From Phenylobacterium parvum (GTDB taxonomy: Bacteria; Pseudomonadota; Alphaproteobacteria; Caulobacterales; Caulobacteraceae), in the NCBI GenBank assembly GCA_029977805.1, contig JAPOKE010000001.1:1-52937 (forward strand): 52,937 nucleotides of DNA. Direction: 5' to 3'. Positions 45,242 through 52,937 of the stretch are shown here, in pieces. Under the pieces are notes generated by a model. That model was not told the DNA's origin. It ran no database searches and was given only the letters and a program-made list of their open reading frames with translations. The position numbers and the translations under genes were made by a program. How positions within the stretch are numbered: position 1 is the stretch's first letter; each line of letters opens with the position of its first letter.

Positions 45242-45844
45242 ATGCGCCTGAAGCGCCTTGTCCTCGCCGCCAGCCTCGTCCTGGCCGCGGGTCTCGCCGC
45301 CTGCACCACCGCCACGCCCTACCAGCCCCTCCTGGCCAGCGCGCCGGGGCTTGGGGGCTATTCGGACGTGCGGATCGAGCCCGGGCGCTACCGGGTGACC
45401 TTCACGGGCAACAGCCTGACCTCGCGGGAGACCGTCGAGCTGTACCTGGCCTACCGGGCGGCGGAGCTGACCCTGGCGAACGGCTACGACACCTTCACCC
45501 TCGTGACCCGGGACACCGACCGGAAGACCTCGACCCGGCTTGAGCCGGGGCCGACGCCCCTGCCCTACTGGAGCCCCTACTGGCGCTACTACGGGCCGTA
45601 TGGCTGGCGGGTCTACGACCCCTGGATGGACAGCCCCTTCGGCCGCCCGTCCATGGATGTCTCCACGGTGGAGAGGTTCACCGCCTCGGCCGAGGTCGTG
45701 CTGGGCAAGGGCCCCAAGCGAGCGGACGATCCCGAGACCTTCGACGCCCGCGCCGTCCTGGAGAACCTCGGACCCCGGATCCAGCGGCCCGAGGACGGTC
45801 GGGTGAAGCCTGCGGTCAGCCCCGCGCCAGGACCGAAGTCCTGA
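45242..45844 (+). CDS. Lipoprotein, CC0125/CC1285-like family
   Basis: Lipobox LAAC; TPYQP, GYSDVRIE..RYRVTFTGN, YRAAELTL..GYD.F. Confidence 0.8.
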   Translation: MRLKRLVLAASLVLAAGLAACTTATPYQPLLASAPGLGGYSDVRIEPGRYRVTFTGNSLTSRETVELYLAYRAAELTLANGYDTFTLVTRDTDRKTSTRLEPGPTPLPYWSPYWRYYGPYGWRVYDPWMDSPFGRPSMDVSTVERFTASAEVVLGKGPKRADDPETFDARAVLENLGPRIQRPEDGRVKPAVSPAPGPKS

Positions 45845-46976
45845 AGCTGACGCCGGCGGCGTCGGACAGACGTCCGGCCAGGCCCGGCCCGAGGGCGGCC
45901 CCGGCGGTCCAGATCCCGGGCGGAAGGGACGGCGCCTCCGAGGCGGCGGCGAGGATCTCGGCGACAATGCGCGAAGTGGCCAGGTAGGCCGGGTCGCCGC
46001 GCGCCCCGATCTCACAGGCGATGCGGCGGCCGGACTCATCGATGCCGATCACCATGATTTCGAAATAGCCCTTCTCCAGCTCGGCGATGGGCGGGCCGTC
46101 GCCGGGCAGGGGCGCCGTGGCCGCCAGGGGCGAGCCCCCGTCCGACACCTCCTCCTCGTCAATCACGGCCAGTTCCTCGTAGCGGAAGTCCCGCCCCCAC
46201 CGGTGGCCCTGGAGGAGGTTCGACCGGTGGATGTTCTTGGTGTTGATGGCCGCCATCAGGATGGGGCCGACGGTGCGGGCGATGTCGGGGTCGAAGCGGA
46301 CGCTCTCCCCGTCCGGCTGCTCGGGCCCGCGGAAGCCGGGGGTGAGCGCGAAGGGGTCCCGGAGCAGGGCGGCGACCTCGGGGGCGCTGATCATCCGGGA
46401 GATGGTCTCCCGGGCGGTGGCCGCCGTGCCGCCCGACAGGGCGCCCTTCATCCGCATCAGCCGGGACCGGACCTCGGCGGCGGGGCGGCCGTACCGTGCC
46501 AGGGCCAGTTCCTGGACCTCCATCACGCCCAGCTCCCAGACCGTGGAGTCGAAGCCGCAGGACAGCAGGGCGGTGACGCCGGCCTGCCGCGCGGGGGCGT
46601 CGAAGCGGCGGATGACCTCGGCCATCCAGTGGGGCTCGCCGCACATGTCGACATAGCCTGCGCCCTCGCGCAGGCAGGCCTCGATCACCGGGGTTCCATA
46701 GAGCTGGTAGGGACCCGCGGCGGAGAGGACGAAGCGGGCGCGGCGCGCCATCTCGTCCAGCGACCGGGGATCGTTCACGTCGGCCAGGATCAGGGGCAGG
46801 CGTGGCCAGCCCAGGCGTTCGCGCAGGCGGGCGAGGCCGGGACCGTCGCGACCGGCGAGGCCCCAGCGCAGCTTGCCGCCGTCGCCATAGGTCTCCGCCA
46901 GGCGGCGGGCGATCAGACGGCCGGTGAAACCGGTCGCCCCGAAGATCACGAAGTCGAGTTCAGCCGTCCTGGCCAA
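45816..46976 (-). CDS. Saccharopine dehydrogenase-like / trans-acting enoyl reductase family oxidoreductase (copy 2)
   Basis: TTG start; GATGFTG, AGR, GPYQLYG, YVDMCGE, SCGFDS, SGGTAA. Confidence 0.88.
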   Translation of the reverse strand: MARTAELDFVIFGATGFTGRLIARRLAETYGDGGKLRWGLAGRDGPGLARLRERLGWPRLPLILADVNDPRSLDEMARRARFVLSAAGPYQLYGTPVIEACLREGAGYVDMCGEPHWMAEVIRRFDAPARQAGVTALLSCGFDSTVWELGVMEVQELALARYGRPAAEVRSRLMRMKGALSGGTAATARETISRMISAPEVAALLRDPFALTPGFRGPEQPDGESVRFDPDIARTVGPILMAAINTKNIHRSNLLQGHRWGRDFRYEELAVIDEEEVSDGGSPLAATAPLPGDGPPIAELEKGYFEIMVIGIDESGRRIACEIGARGDPAYLATSRIVAEILAAASEAPSLPPGIWTAGAALGPGLAGRLSDAAGVSFRTSVLARG

Positions 46977-47034
46977 GGCCGCCCCCCGGTCGATGTCCGG
47001 GGAAACAGTCTGGCGGGGCGGGGCTTACAGAGGG

Positions 47035-48198
47035 TTAACCCGCGTTATCCGTCTCGTCGGCGAAGACCAGGCCGGCATGGCCTGACAGGCGCTCGATCAG
47101 GGGAACGCCCAGGGCCGCCCCCGGCGTCCAGACCCCGCCCGGGGTCGCCGGGGTGCGGATCAGCTGGATGGCGGTCTCGGCCATCATCTTCGAGGTCGAG
47201 CCATAGCCGGGGTCGCGGTCACCCTTGACCGAGACCCGCACCTTGCGGCCGTCCGCCGCGATGCCGACGAACAGGATGTCGTAGAAGCCGTTCTCGCGCT
47301 CCTCGAGGCTCGGCCCCTCGCCGGGCTTGGGCGCGCCGGCGCCGCCAAGGTCGGTGAAGGAGGTGCTGGCGCCCGGCGCGGTGATGGACATCTCGTCGTA
47401 GGTGAAATCCGTTCCCCAGGGGTGGCCCTGCAGGAAATTCGAGCGGTGGACGTTCTTGGTGTTGATCGCCGCCATCATGAAGGGGCCGACCTCGGCGCCG
47501 ACGTCCTCGTCGAAGGCCGTCTCGTTCCCCGGAGGCTGGGGCGGTCCGGTGAAGCCGGGGGTCAGGGCGAAGGGATTGACCATCAGCTGGAAGAGGGCGG
47601 GGTTGCGGCGGATGGCGTCCATGGTGGCCGCGCCGCTGGCGGCGGTGCCGCCCGACAGGCCGCCCCGCATGTTCCGGACCCGGCCCTTGACCCGCGGGAC
47701 AGGCCCGCCCAGGCGACGCTTCGCGGTTTCCTCGGCGAACAGGACGCCGAGCTCGAAAGGAATGGAGTCGAAGCCGCAGGAGAAGAGGATCCGCGCGCCG
47801 GAGGCCCGGGCGGCCTCGTGGTGCGCCTCGACCATCTCGGCCATCCAGTTGGATTCGCCGCAGAGGTCCACATAGTCGGTCCCGGCCCGGACGCAGGCGG
47901 CCACGAGTTCCGAGCCGTAGAGCTGGTAGGGGCCGACGGTCGTGACGATGACCCGGGCGCGCCGGACCATGGCGTCCAGCTGGGCCGGGTCGGCGGCGTC
48001 GCAGACGACGAGGGGGGTCGAGGCCGGGGCGCCGACCAGGTCGCGGACCTCCGCCAGCTTGGCGGCCGAGCGGCCGGCCATGGCCCAGGAGACCCCGCCG
48101 CCCGGCGGCTGGGTGCGGGCCAGGTGCTCGGCGACGAGCCGTCCCGTGAATCCGGTGGCGCCGTAGACGATGATGTCGAATTCCGCGTCGGCCCGCAT
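47035..48198 (-). CDS. Saccharopine dehydrogenase-like oxidoreductase (copy 1)
   Basis: GGGAGG RBS; GATGFTG, GPYQLYG, YVDLCGE, SCGFDSIP, DPGYGSTSKM. Confidence 0.9.
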   Translation of the reverse strand: MRADAEFDIIVYGATGFTGRLVAEHLARTQPPGGGVSWAMAGRSAAKLAEVRDLVGAPASTPLVVCDAADPAQLDAMVRRARVIVTTVGPYQLYGSELVAACVRAGTDYVDLCGESNWMAEMVEAHHEAARASGARILFSCGFDSIPFELGVLFAEETAKRRLGGPVPRVKGRVRNMRGGLSGGTAASGAATMDAIRRNPALFQLMVNPFALTPGFTGPPQPPGNETAFDEDVGAEVGPFMMAAINTKNVHRSNFLQGHPWGTDFTYDEMSITAPGASTSFTDLGGAGAPKPGEGPSLEERENGFYDILFVGIAADGRKVRVSVKGDRDPGYGSTSKMMAETAIQLIRTPATPGGVWTPGAALGVPLIERLSGHAGLVFADETDNAG

Positions 48199-48244
48199 GG
48201 GTCCCTCCCTGGCTGTGATCTCCGATATGGACCCTGGCGCGCCC

Positions 48245-48874
48245 TCAGCCAAGCCGCCGCCGGGCCAGCCAGACGGTGTGTCCGCCGCAGTCCGGATCCT
48301 CGGGCCTGAACTCCAGGACGTCGAAGCCCTCCGCCGAGAGGCGGCGCCGGTATTCGGCGGGGGAGAGGCTGGCGTGGTGCAGGGGGTCGCCGCCGAACTC
48401 GCCCAGGACGGTCCCCGCGTCCGGACCCGAGGTGAACATCAGGACGGCGCCGGGCGCGGCGTGGGCGCCCAGGACGGAGAAGAAGGCCTCCTGGTCCGCG
48501 GCGGTCAGGTGGAAGAGGCTGTCCCAGGCGAGGAGGCCGTCATAGGTCGCCGCCAGCGCAAGGCCGCGCATGTCCGCGCAGATCCAGGTCCCGGCGGGAA
48601 ACCGCTCGCGGGCCCGTTCGATTGCAGGCGCGGAGGCGTCCACCCCCGTGACCTCGAACCCCTCGCCAAGCAGGCGAGCGCCGAGCGGCTGGCCCGTCCC
48701 ACAGCCAAGGTCGAGGACCCGACCGGCCGGAGGAAGGAGGTCCATGAACCGGGCCATCCAGCCGGCCTCGACCCGCAGGTCCGCCCCGCGCACCCGGTCC
48801 CAGAGGGCGGCGTGGCGCGTATAGAGCCCGGTGACGTCGGCGGCGGCCCGGGCGACCGGGTCCTCCGGCCTCAC
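48245..48874 (-). CDS. Class I SAM-dependent methyltransferase
   Basis: VLDLGCGTG, GVDAS, ADMR, AWDSLFHL; GTG start overlaps the upstream TGA (GTGA). Confidence 0.88.
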   Translation of the reverse strand: MRPEDPVARAAADVTGLYTRHAALWDRVRGADLRVEAGWMARFMDLLPPAGRVLDLGCGTGQPLGARLLGEGFEVTGVDASAPAIERARERFPAGTWICADMRGLALAATYDGLLAWDSLFHLTAADQEAFFSVLGAHAAPGAVLMFTSGPDAGTVLGEFGGDPLHHASLSPAEYRRRLSAEGFDVLEFRPEDPDCGGHTVWLARRRLG

Positions 48875-49341
48875 GGCCCGCGGCGCGGGGTTGCGCCCCG
48901 TCCCCGTCCGCCCTCGGCCACGCCCTCGGCGCGCAGCCGGTCCCCGAGGGACCGGCCCGCCAGCCGGCAGTCCGCGGCCACGCGGTCCCAGGTCCGCCCC
49001 CGGGAAACGCAGTCCACCCGCCTTCCGGCGGCGATTCGCGCCAGGGCCGCCCGGGCCTCGCGCCCGCCGGGCTCCCTGAGCTCGGGGGCGTGGAAGTCCG
49101 CGAGGCGCACCTCCACCCAGTCTGCGCCCCGCCGGGGCCCCACGGCGACGCAGAGGGAATCGCCGTCCCCGACATGCACCACCGGCCCTGAGAAGCGCTC
49201 GCCCCGGGCGAGGCTTGCGGGCATGGGCCCCTTCTGCGGCACGGCGCGGCAGGGATCGGCCAGGACCGGCCCGGCCAGGACAAGGAAGAGGCAGGATGTG
49301 GCGGCGGCGAGGAAGGAAGACAGCGGAGAGCGACGATTCAT
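48871..49341 (-). CDS. Exported thermonuclease (SNase-like) family protein
   Basis: Signal peptide ending in VLA-D; VGDGDSL, VRLADFHAPE, WDRVAA motifs. Confidence 0.82.
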   Translation of the reverse strand: MNRRSPLSSFLAAATSCLFLVLAGPVLADPCRAVPQKGPMPASLARGERFSGPVVHVGDGDSLCVAVGPRRGADWVEVRLADFHAPELREPGGREARAALARIAAGRRVDCVSRGRTWDRVAADCRLAGRSLGDRLRAEGVAEGGRGRGATPRRGP

Positions 49342-49420
49342 CAACCCTGCGCGCCCTATCCTGCCGCCGGGCGCTGATCTGCGCCCGGCCCAGCATATGA
49401 TCCCTGCGGAGTCCCGGTCC

Positions 49421-50269
49421 ATGCGCACCCTGCCCCTCATCCTCGCCGCCCTTGTCCTGGCCGGGTGCAGCCTGGAGGCCGCCACGCCGGCCGCGCCGGC
49501 GGCGGCGAAGGCCCCTGAATTCCCGCCGGCCCTGATACGCGAATACGTGGCGGGCATCAAAGCCCGCTGCGGGTCCGGGGCCGCCGGGGGCGTCTCGGCC
49601 GCGGACGTCGTCCGGAAGGGGGAGAGCCCCGCCGGCGCGATCTACGGGATCGACCTGGAGCGGATCTGCCCCGGCGCCGAAACCAGGGGGTTCTGCGGCA
49701 CCGGCGGCTGCGAGAACCCTGCCTTCCGGGTGGGCTCGGACGGGACGGCGGCCCGACTGGTGGAGGGCGTCAACCGGGGCTGGGAGGTTTCAAGGGACGG
49801 AAAGACCCTCATTGTGGCGGTTCACGGGGGACAGTGCGGCCTGCCCGGGCCCGTCCCCTGTGATGAGAAGATCGAGATCGCCACCGGCAAGGTCCTGGGC
49901 CACGAGAGCCGGGGAAAGCCGGTCACCGTTCCCGGCGCCGAGACCCGGCTGACCGAGGCCTACTGCCTGGGCCTGCATGTCGCCCTGGCGGGGAAGGCCG
50001 CCGACATCCTCGGCAAGGACAGCGACCTCGCCCAGGCCGGGTCGGTCTTCGCCGCCGGCAAGATGCTGGACGCAAAGCCCAGGATCAAAGACCCCGCCTT
50101 CCAGCGCGAGATGAAGAACGGCGCCTTCAGCGTCGACCATTACCTGACCCTGGGGGCCCTGACCGACAAGATCCCCGAGGCGGAGCAGCTCGGGCCCCGC
50201 TTCAAGGCGGGCTCGCCCCTGTTCGACGACTGGATCGCCTGCGCCGCGGCCTATCCGCTGAAGGGCTGA
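49421..50269 (+). CDS. Hypothetical lipoprotein (Cys-rich CGTGGC domain plus YCLG domain), paralog 1
   Basis: TATGAT -10-like element and GGAG upstream; lipobox LAGC; C-terminal domain shared with the next two genes. Confidence 0.8.
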   Translation: MRTLPLILAALVLAGCSLEAATPAAPAAAKAPEFPPALIREYVAGIKARCGSGAAGGVSAADVVRKGESPAGAIYGIDLERICPGAETRGFCGTGGCENPAFRVGSDGTAARLVEGVNRGWEVSRDGKTLIVAVHGGQCGLPGPVPCDEKIEIATGKVLGHESRGKPVTVPGAETRLTEAYCLGLHVALAGKAADILGKDSDLAQAGSVFAAGKMLDAKPRIKDPAFQREMKNGAFSVDHYLTLGALTDKIPEAEQLGPRFKAGSPLFDDWIACAAAYPLKG

Positions 50270-50381
50270 GACGGCTCCAGGCTTTACTCACCCCAGGATT
50301 GGGCCGACTGTGCCTTGGGCCTTGACGTCGGCGGAACCGGCCGACCCCGGGCGCCGGACGCCACGAGACAGGAGCCATGGA

Positions 50382-50888
50382 ATGCGAGTCCTCCCCCTGA
50401 TCCTCTTCGGGCTGGTGTGCGCAGGCTGCAGCCCCGGAACGCCCGACAAGCCGCCTGCGGCGGCGCCCGCCAACGACCTTGCCCGAGACCTCGGTCGCGA
50501 AACCATAGTCCAGGCGAACGCCGGTGAGCTGACGGAAGGCTACTGCCTGGGGGTAACCACCGTCCTCGCCCCCATGATCGTCCAGGCCGTGGGTCCCGAT
50601 AGCGCCGTCTTCAAGGATGCGATGACCTATCTCGAACGACGGGAAGCGAGCCTCCTCGCCGCAAAGGGGGTGCAAGGGCTGGACGAACTGGAAGCGGCGG
50701 ACCCCGCGCTCTTCGGGGAGATCGACCGCGGGACCCGATGGGCGTTTGCTCAGGTCGCAAGTTCGGCGGGCATCGTCCAGGCGCTCACCGGGCCAGAACG
50801 CGAAAAGATGGGCGCGAACCTGAAGTCAGGCGCACCGCCCTTCGATACCTGGGCGCAGTGCAGGAAGACCTATCCCGCCGGAGGCTGA
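50382..50888 (+). CDS. Hypothetical lipoprotein (YCLG domain), paralog 2
   Basis: AGGAG RBS; MRVLPLILFGLVCAGC lipobox; EGYCLG...PPFDTWAQCRKTYP. Confidence 0.8.
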   Translation: MRVLPLILFGLVCAGCSPGTPDKPPAAAPANDLARDLGRETIVQANAGELTEGYCLGVTTVLAPMIVQAVGPDSAVFKDAMTYLERREASLLAAKGVQGLDELEAADPALFGEIDRGTRWAFAQVASSAGIVQALTGPEREKMGANLKSGAPPFDTWAQCRKTYPAGG

Positions 50889-51027
50889 CGAGGGCCGGCG
50901 ATGCGCCGCCGCCGCCGAGCCGGCTCGAAGCCGCGGGGAACCGGTTCCGCTGGCGCCGGGGTCTTGACCTGATCCGTTTTCAAGGGCGGCATGAGGCGAC
51001 AGCCGGTTTCGGCGTGGAGTCCTCGGA

Positions 51028-51519
51028 ATGCGCATCACCCCCCTCCTGCTGGCCGCAGTGGTCTTGGTCGGCTGTGCCCCCGGGGCGCCCGAGACAGCCG
51101 AGGCCGCGACGCCTCAGGTCCAGGCGGCGAGCAGTGCCGCAAAAGACGTCGCGGCGAAGGCAGGCGAGCCTTCCGACGCCTACTGCCTGGGCGTCCAGAA
51201 CGCGGTCATGAACATCCTCGCCCTGGCCTTAGGCCTCGACAGCGACCTGGCGCGGGCCTCGGCGGTCTCTCTCGCAGACCGGGAACATGACTTTGCGCAG
51301 GCGAGGGGCTTGCAGTCCCTCGCGGAGCTGGAGGATCCCGACGTCATCGCCGAGGAGCAGCGCGGGAGCGCCTGGGCCTTGGAGGTCTCGGGGCTCAAGC
51401 CTCTCCCCACGGTCCTGAGCGAGGCCCAGAAGGAACGAGTTCGTCAGGACCATGAGGCCCGCAAGCCTCCGTTCGACACCTGGACCCGATGCGCGGAGCT
51501 CTATCCGGTGAAGGGCTGA
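51028..51519 (+). CDS. Hypothetical lipoprotein (YCLG domain), paralog 3
   Basis: GGAG RBS; MRITPLLLAAVVLVGC lipobox; DAYCLG...PPFDTWTRCAELYP. Confidence 0.8.
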   Translation: MRITPLLLAAVVLVGCAPGAPETAEAATPQVQAASSAAKDVAAKAGEPSDAYCLGVQNAVMNILALALGLDSDLARASAVSLADREHDFAQARGLQSLAELEDPDVIAEEQRGSAWALEVSGLKPLPTVLSEAQKERVRQDHEARKPPFDTWTRCAELYPVKG

Positions 51520-51528
51520 GGCGCCGGC

Positions 51529-52937
51529 TCAGCTCCGGAGGCCCGGCGGGTCGAAGACCGCCAGGGCCCGGCGGGCGGCGGGCGCGTCGCCGGTGATGGA
51601 CAGGGCCCCCGAGGCCTCCAGCTCCGAAAGCCGGGCCTGGCCGCCCAGGACCCGGGCGAGATCCGCCCAGCGGACGGCAAGGCGGGTCGTGGCCCCTGCG
51701 CCGTCCGTGGCGACGCTGACGCTGTTGCGAACGTGAAGGCCGGCGGCCCCGGCGTCCGGGAAGTCGAAGCCGAGGTGCAGGTCGATCCCCTCCGCCCGGG
51801 CCGGGTCGACCATCACCCGCAGGAGGTGCAGGGCCTCGCGCGGCGGGCGCGCCGCCAGCTGGGCCGGGCGCAGGCGATGCTCGGACAGGCGCGACAGGTC
51901 CAGGGCGCCCTCCAGCTCCAGGGCCCGGGTCAGGCACCAGTTGCGGATGTTGGCCGCCGAGGTCCCCTGGGCGATGGCGCGCAGGACGCCGGCAAGCTGG
52001 GCCCTGTCCGCGGGCTCGGCCTCCGGGCGCGCAACCAGCCAGGAGGCCAGCTCCAGGGCCCAGCGCAGGTCGCCTTCGCCCTGGGCGGACTGCGCCCGGG
52101 CGCGGACCTCCCCTGCGCCGCCGAAACCCTCCACCAGCCGCCGCGCCCGCTCGGCGGGGGGCAGGACGAAGAGCTTGCCCGGTTCGCCGTCGAACCAGCC
52201 GCGCAGGCCGGCGGCGATCTGCCGGACGTGGTGCTCGGCCACGCCGTAGAACTCGCTGGTCAGGTAGTCGTCGTCGCAGGCCGCGGGCAGGCGCACCTCA
52301 TGGGCCAGGGCGTCGGCGGTACTTCCCCGGTTGAGTCCGCGCACGGTCTGGTCCCACAGGAACTGGATGGAGTCGCGGTAGCGCGTCACGCGGGCGGCGA
52401 TCCCGTCAGCCCCGGAGATCGGCGGGCCGTGGGCGCCCAGGAGGTGCTCGGCGCCCAGGGACAGGATGTGGTCGATCCCCGCCAGCAGGACCTGCGGGTC
52501 GCGGTACTCCTCGCCCCGGATCGGGAAGATGTTGAACAGGGTCGGCCAGACCAGGTTCTGCACGCAGGTCGCTAGCTCGGGGAACCAGAAGGTGACGCTG
52601 TCGTCGGCGTCGGAGGGCGCGTGGTGGATCTCCACCGCCAGGCCCGCCAGGGTCAGGCGCTCGCCGCCCCGGAAGCTCTGGGTCAGGGGGACATGGCCGG
52701 GGGTGAAGGGGGCGTGCTCGGGGTTGCGGAAGTGCAGGCCGAGCCCCTCGTTGACCAGGGCGTCGGGGCCTTCGGGCGGCAGGCGCAGGCCGAACTGGTG
52801 GATCAGGCCCCGGGAATAGGCCGGGGCGATCTCGCCCGAGGTCCGGGCCAGGTTCAGGGGGATGCGCTCGTGCCCGAGGATGGGCAGGTCGGCGCGGCCC
52901 GCATCCGCCAGGGCCGCCGTCGTCCCGCCGATGTAGT
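51529..52937 (-). CDS. Alkyl/aryl sulfatase, SdsA1-like metallo-beta-lactamase fold (5' end beyond window)
   Basis: Frame is open to the window edge (YIGG...); NIFPIRGEEYRDP, LLGAHGPPI, EFYG, GWFDG, LRWALEL, RNWCL, SCP2-like C-terminus. Confidence 0.88.
   Translation of the reverse strand, partial: YIGGTTAALADAGRADLPILGHERIPLNLARTSGEIAPAYSRGLIHQFGLRLPPEGPDALVNEGLGLHFRNPEHAPFTPGHVPLTQSFRGGERLTLAGLAVEIHHAPSDADDSVTFWFPELATCVQNLVWPTLFNIFPIRGEEYRDPQVLLAGIDHILSLGAEHLLGAHGPPISGADGIAARVTRYRDSIQFLWDQTVRGLNRGSTADALAHEVRLPAACDDDYLTSEFYGVAEHHVRQIAAGLRGWFDGEPGKLFVLPPAERARRLVEGFGGAGEVRARAQSAQGEGDLRWALELASWLVARPEAEPADRAQLAGVLRAIAQGTSAANIRNWCLTRALELEGALDLSRLSEHRLRPAQLAARPPREALHLLRVMVDPARAEGIDLHLGFDFPDAGAAGLHVRNSVSVATDGAGATTRLAVRWADLARVLGGQARLSELEASGALSITGDAPAARRALAVFDPPGLRS

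Noticed and set aside
47024-47039. TTAA-CCCTCT-GTAA (minus strand) as a CtrA box
   Set aside because: Wrong spacing and a degenerate second half-site; the TTAA includes the stop codon of the upstream gene.
48245-49341. Nuclease plus methyltransferase as a restriction-modification system
   Set aside because: The methyltransferase lacks DNA-MTase catalytic motifs (DPPY/NPPY/PCQ), and the nuclease has a signal peptide.

Overview
High-GC alphaproteobacterial chromosome segment. Gene order and protein sequences point to Caulobacteraceae, probably Phenylobacterium-like (inference). It is mostly core genome: the 3' part of infB, rbfA-truB-rpsO-pnp, dnaA-rpsT, mutM/ubiE-ubiB, coaBC-dut, dapB/maeB, rlmN, the nfu-tsaB-rimI-fur-miaB-phoH-ybeY-corC-lnt-metK-trmB string, kup and argG, with small accessory metabolic genes between them. 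I see no rRNA, tRNA, CRISPR array, transposase or integrase. The most notable observations: (1) a two-state, RBS-sequestering RNA leader (7572-7713) upstream of a DUF2087 gene; (2) a tandem array of three divergent paralogous lipoproteins sharing an unrecognised YCLG...PxFDxWxxCxxxYP domain (49421-51519); (3) a hairpin inside the truB coding sequence whose loop is complementary to the rpsO start codon; (4) a LexA-box-controlled lipoprotein carrying a toxin-like C-terminal domain; (5) a SahR-type operator and metK promoter embedded in the lnt coding sequence. All calls come from reading motifs by eye; no database searches were run.
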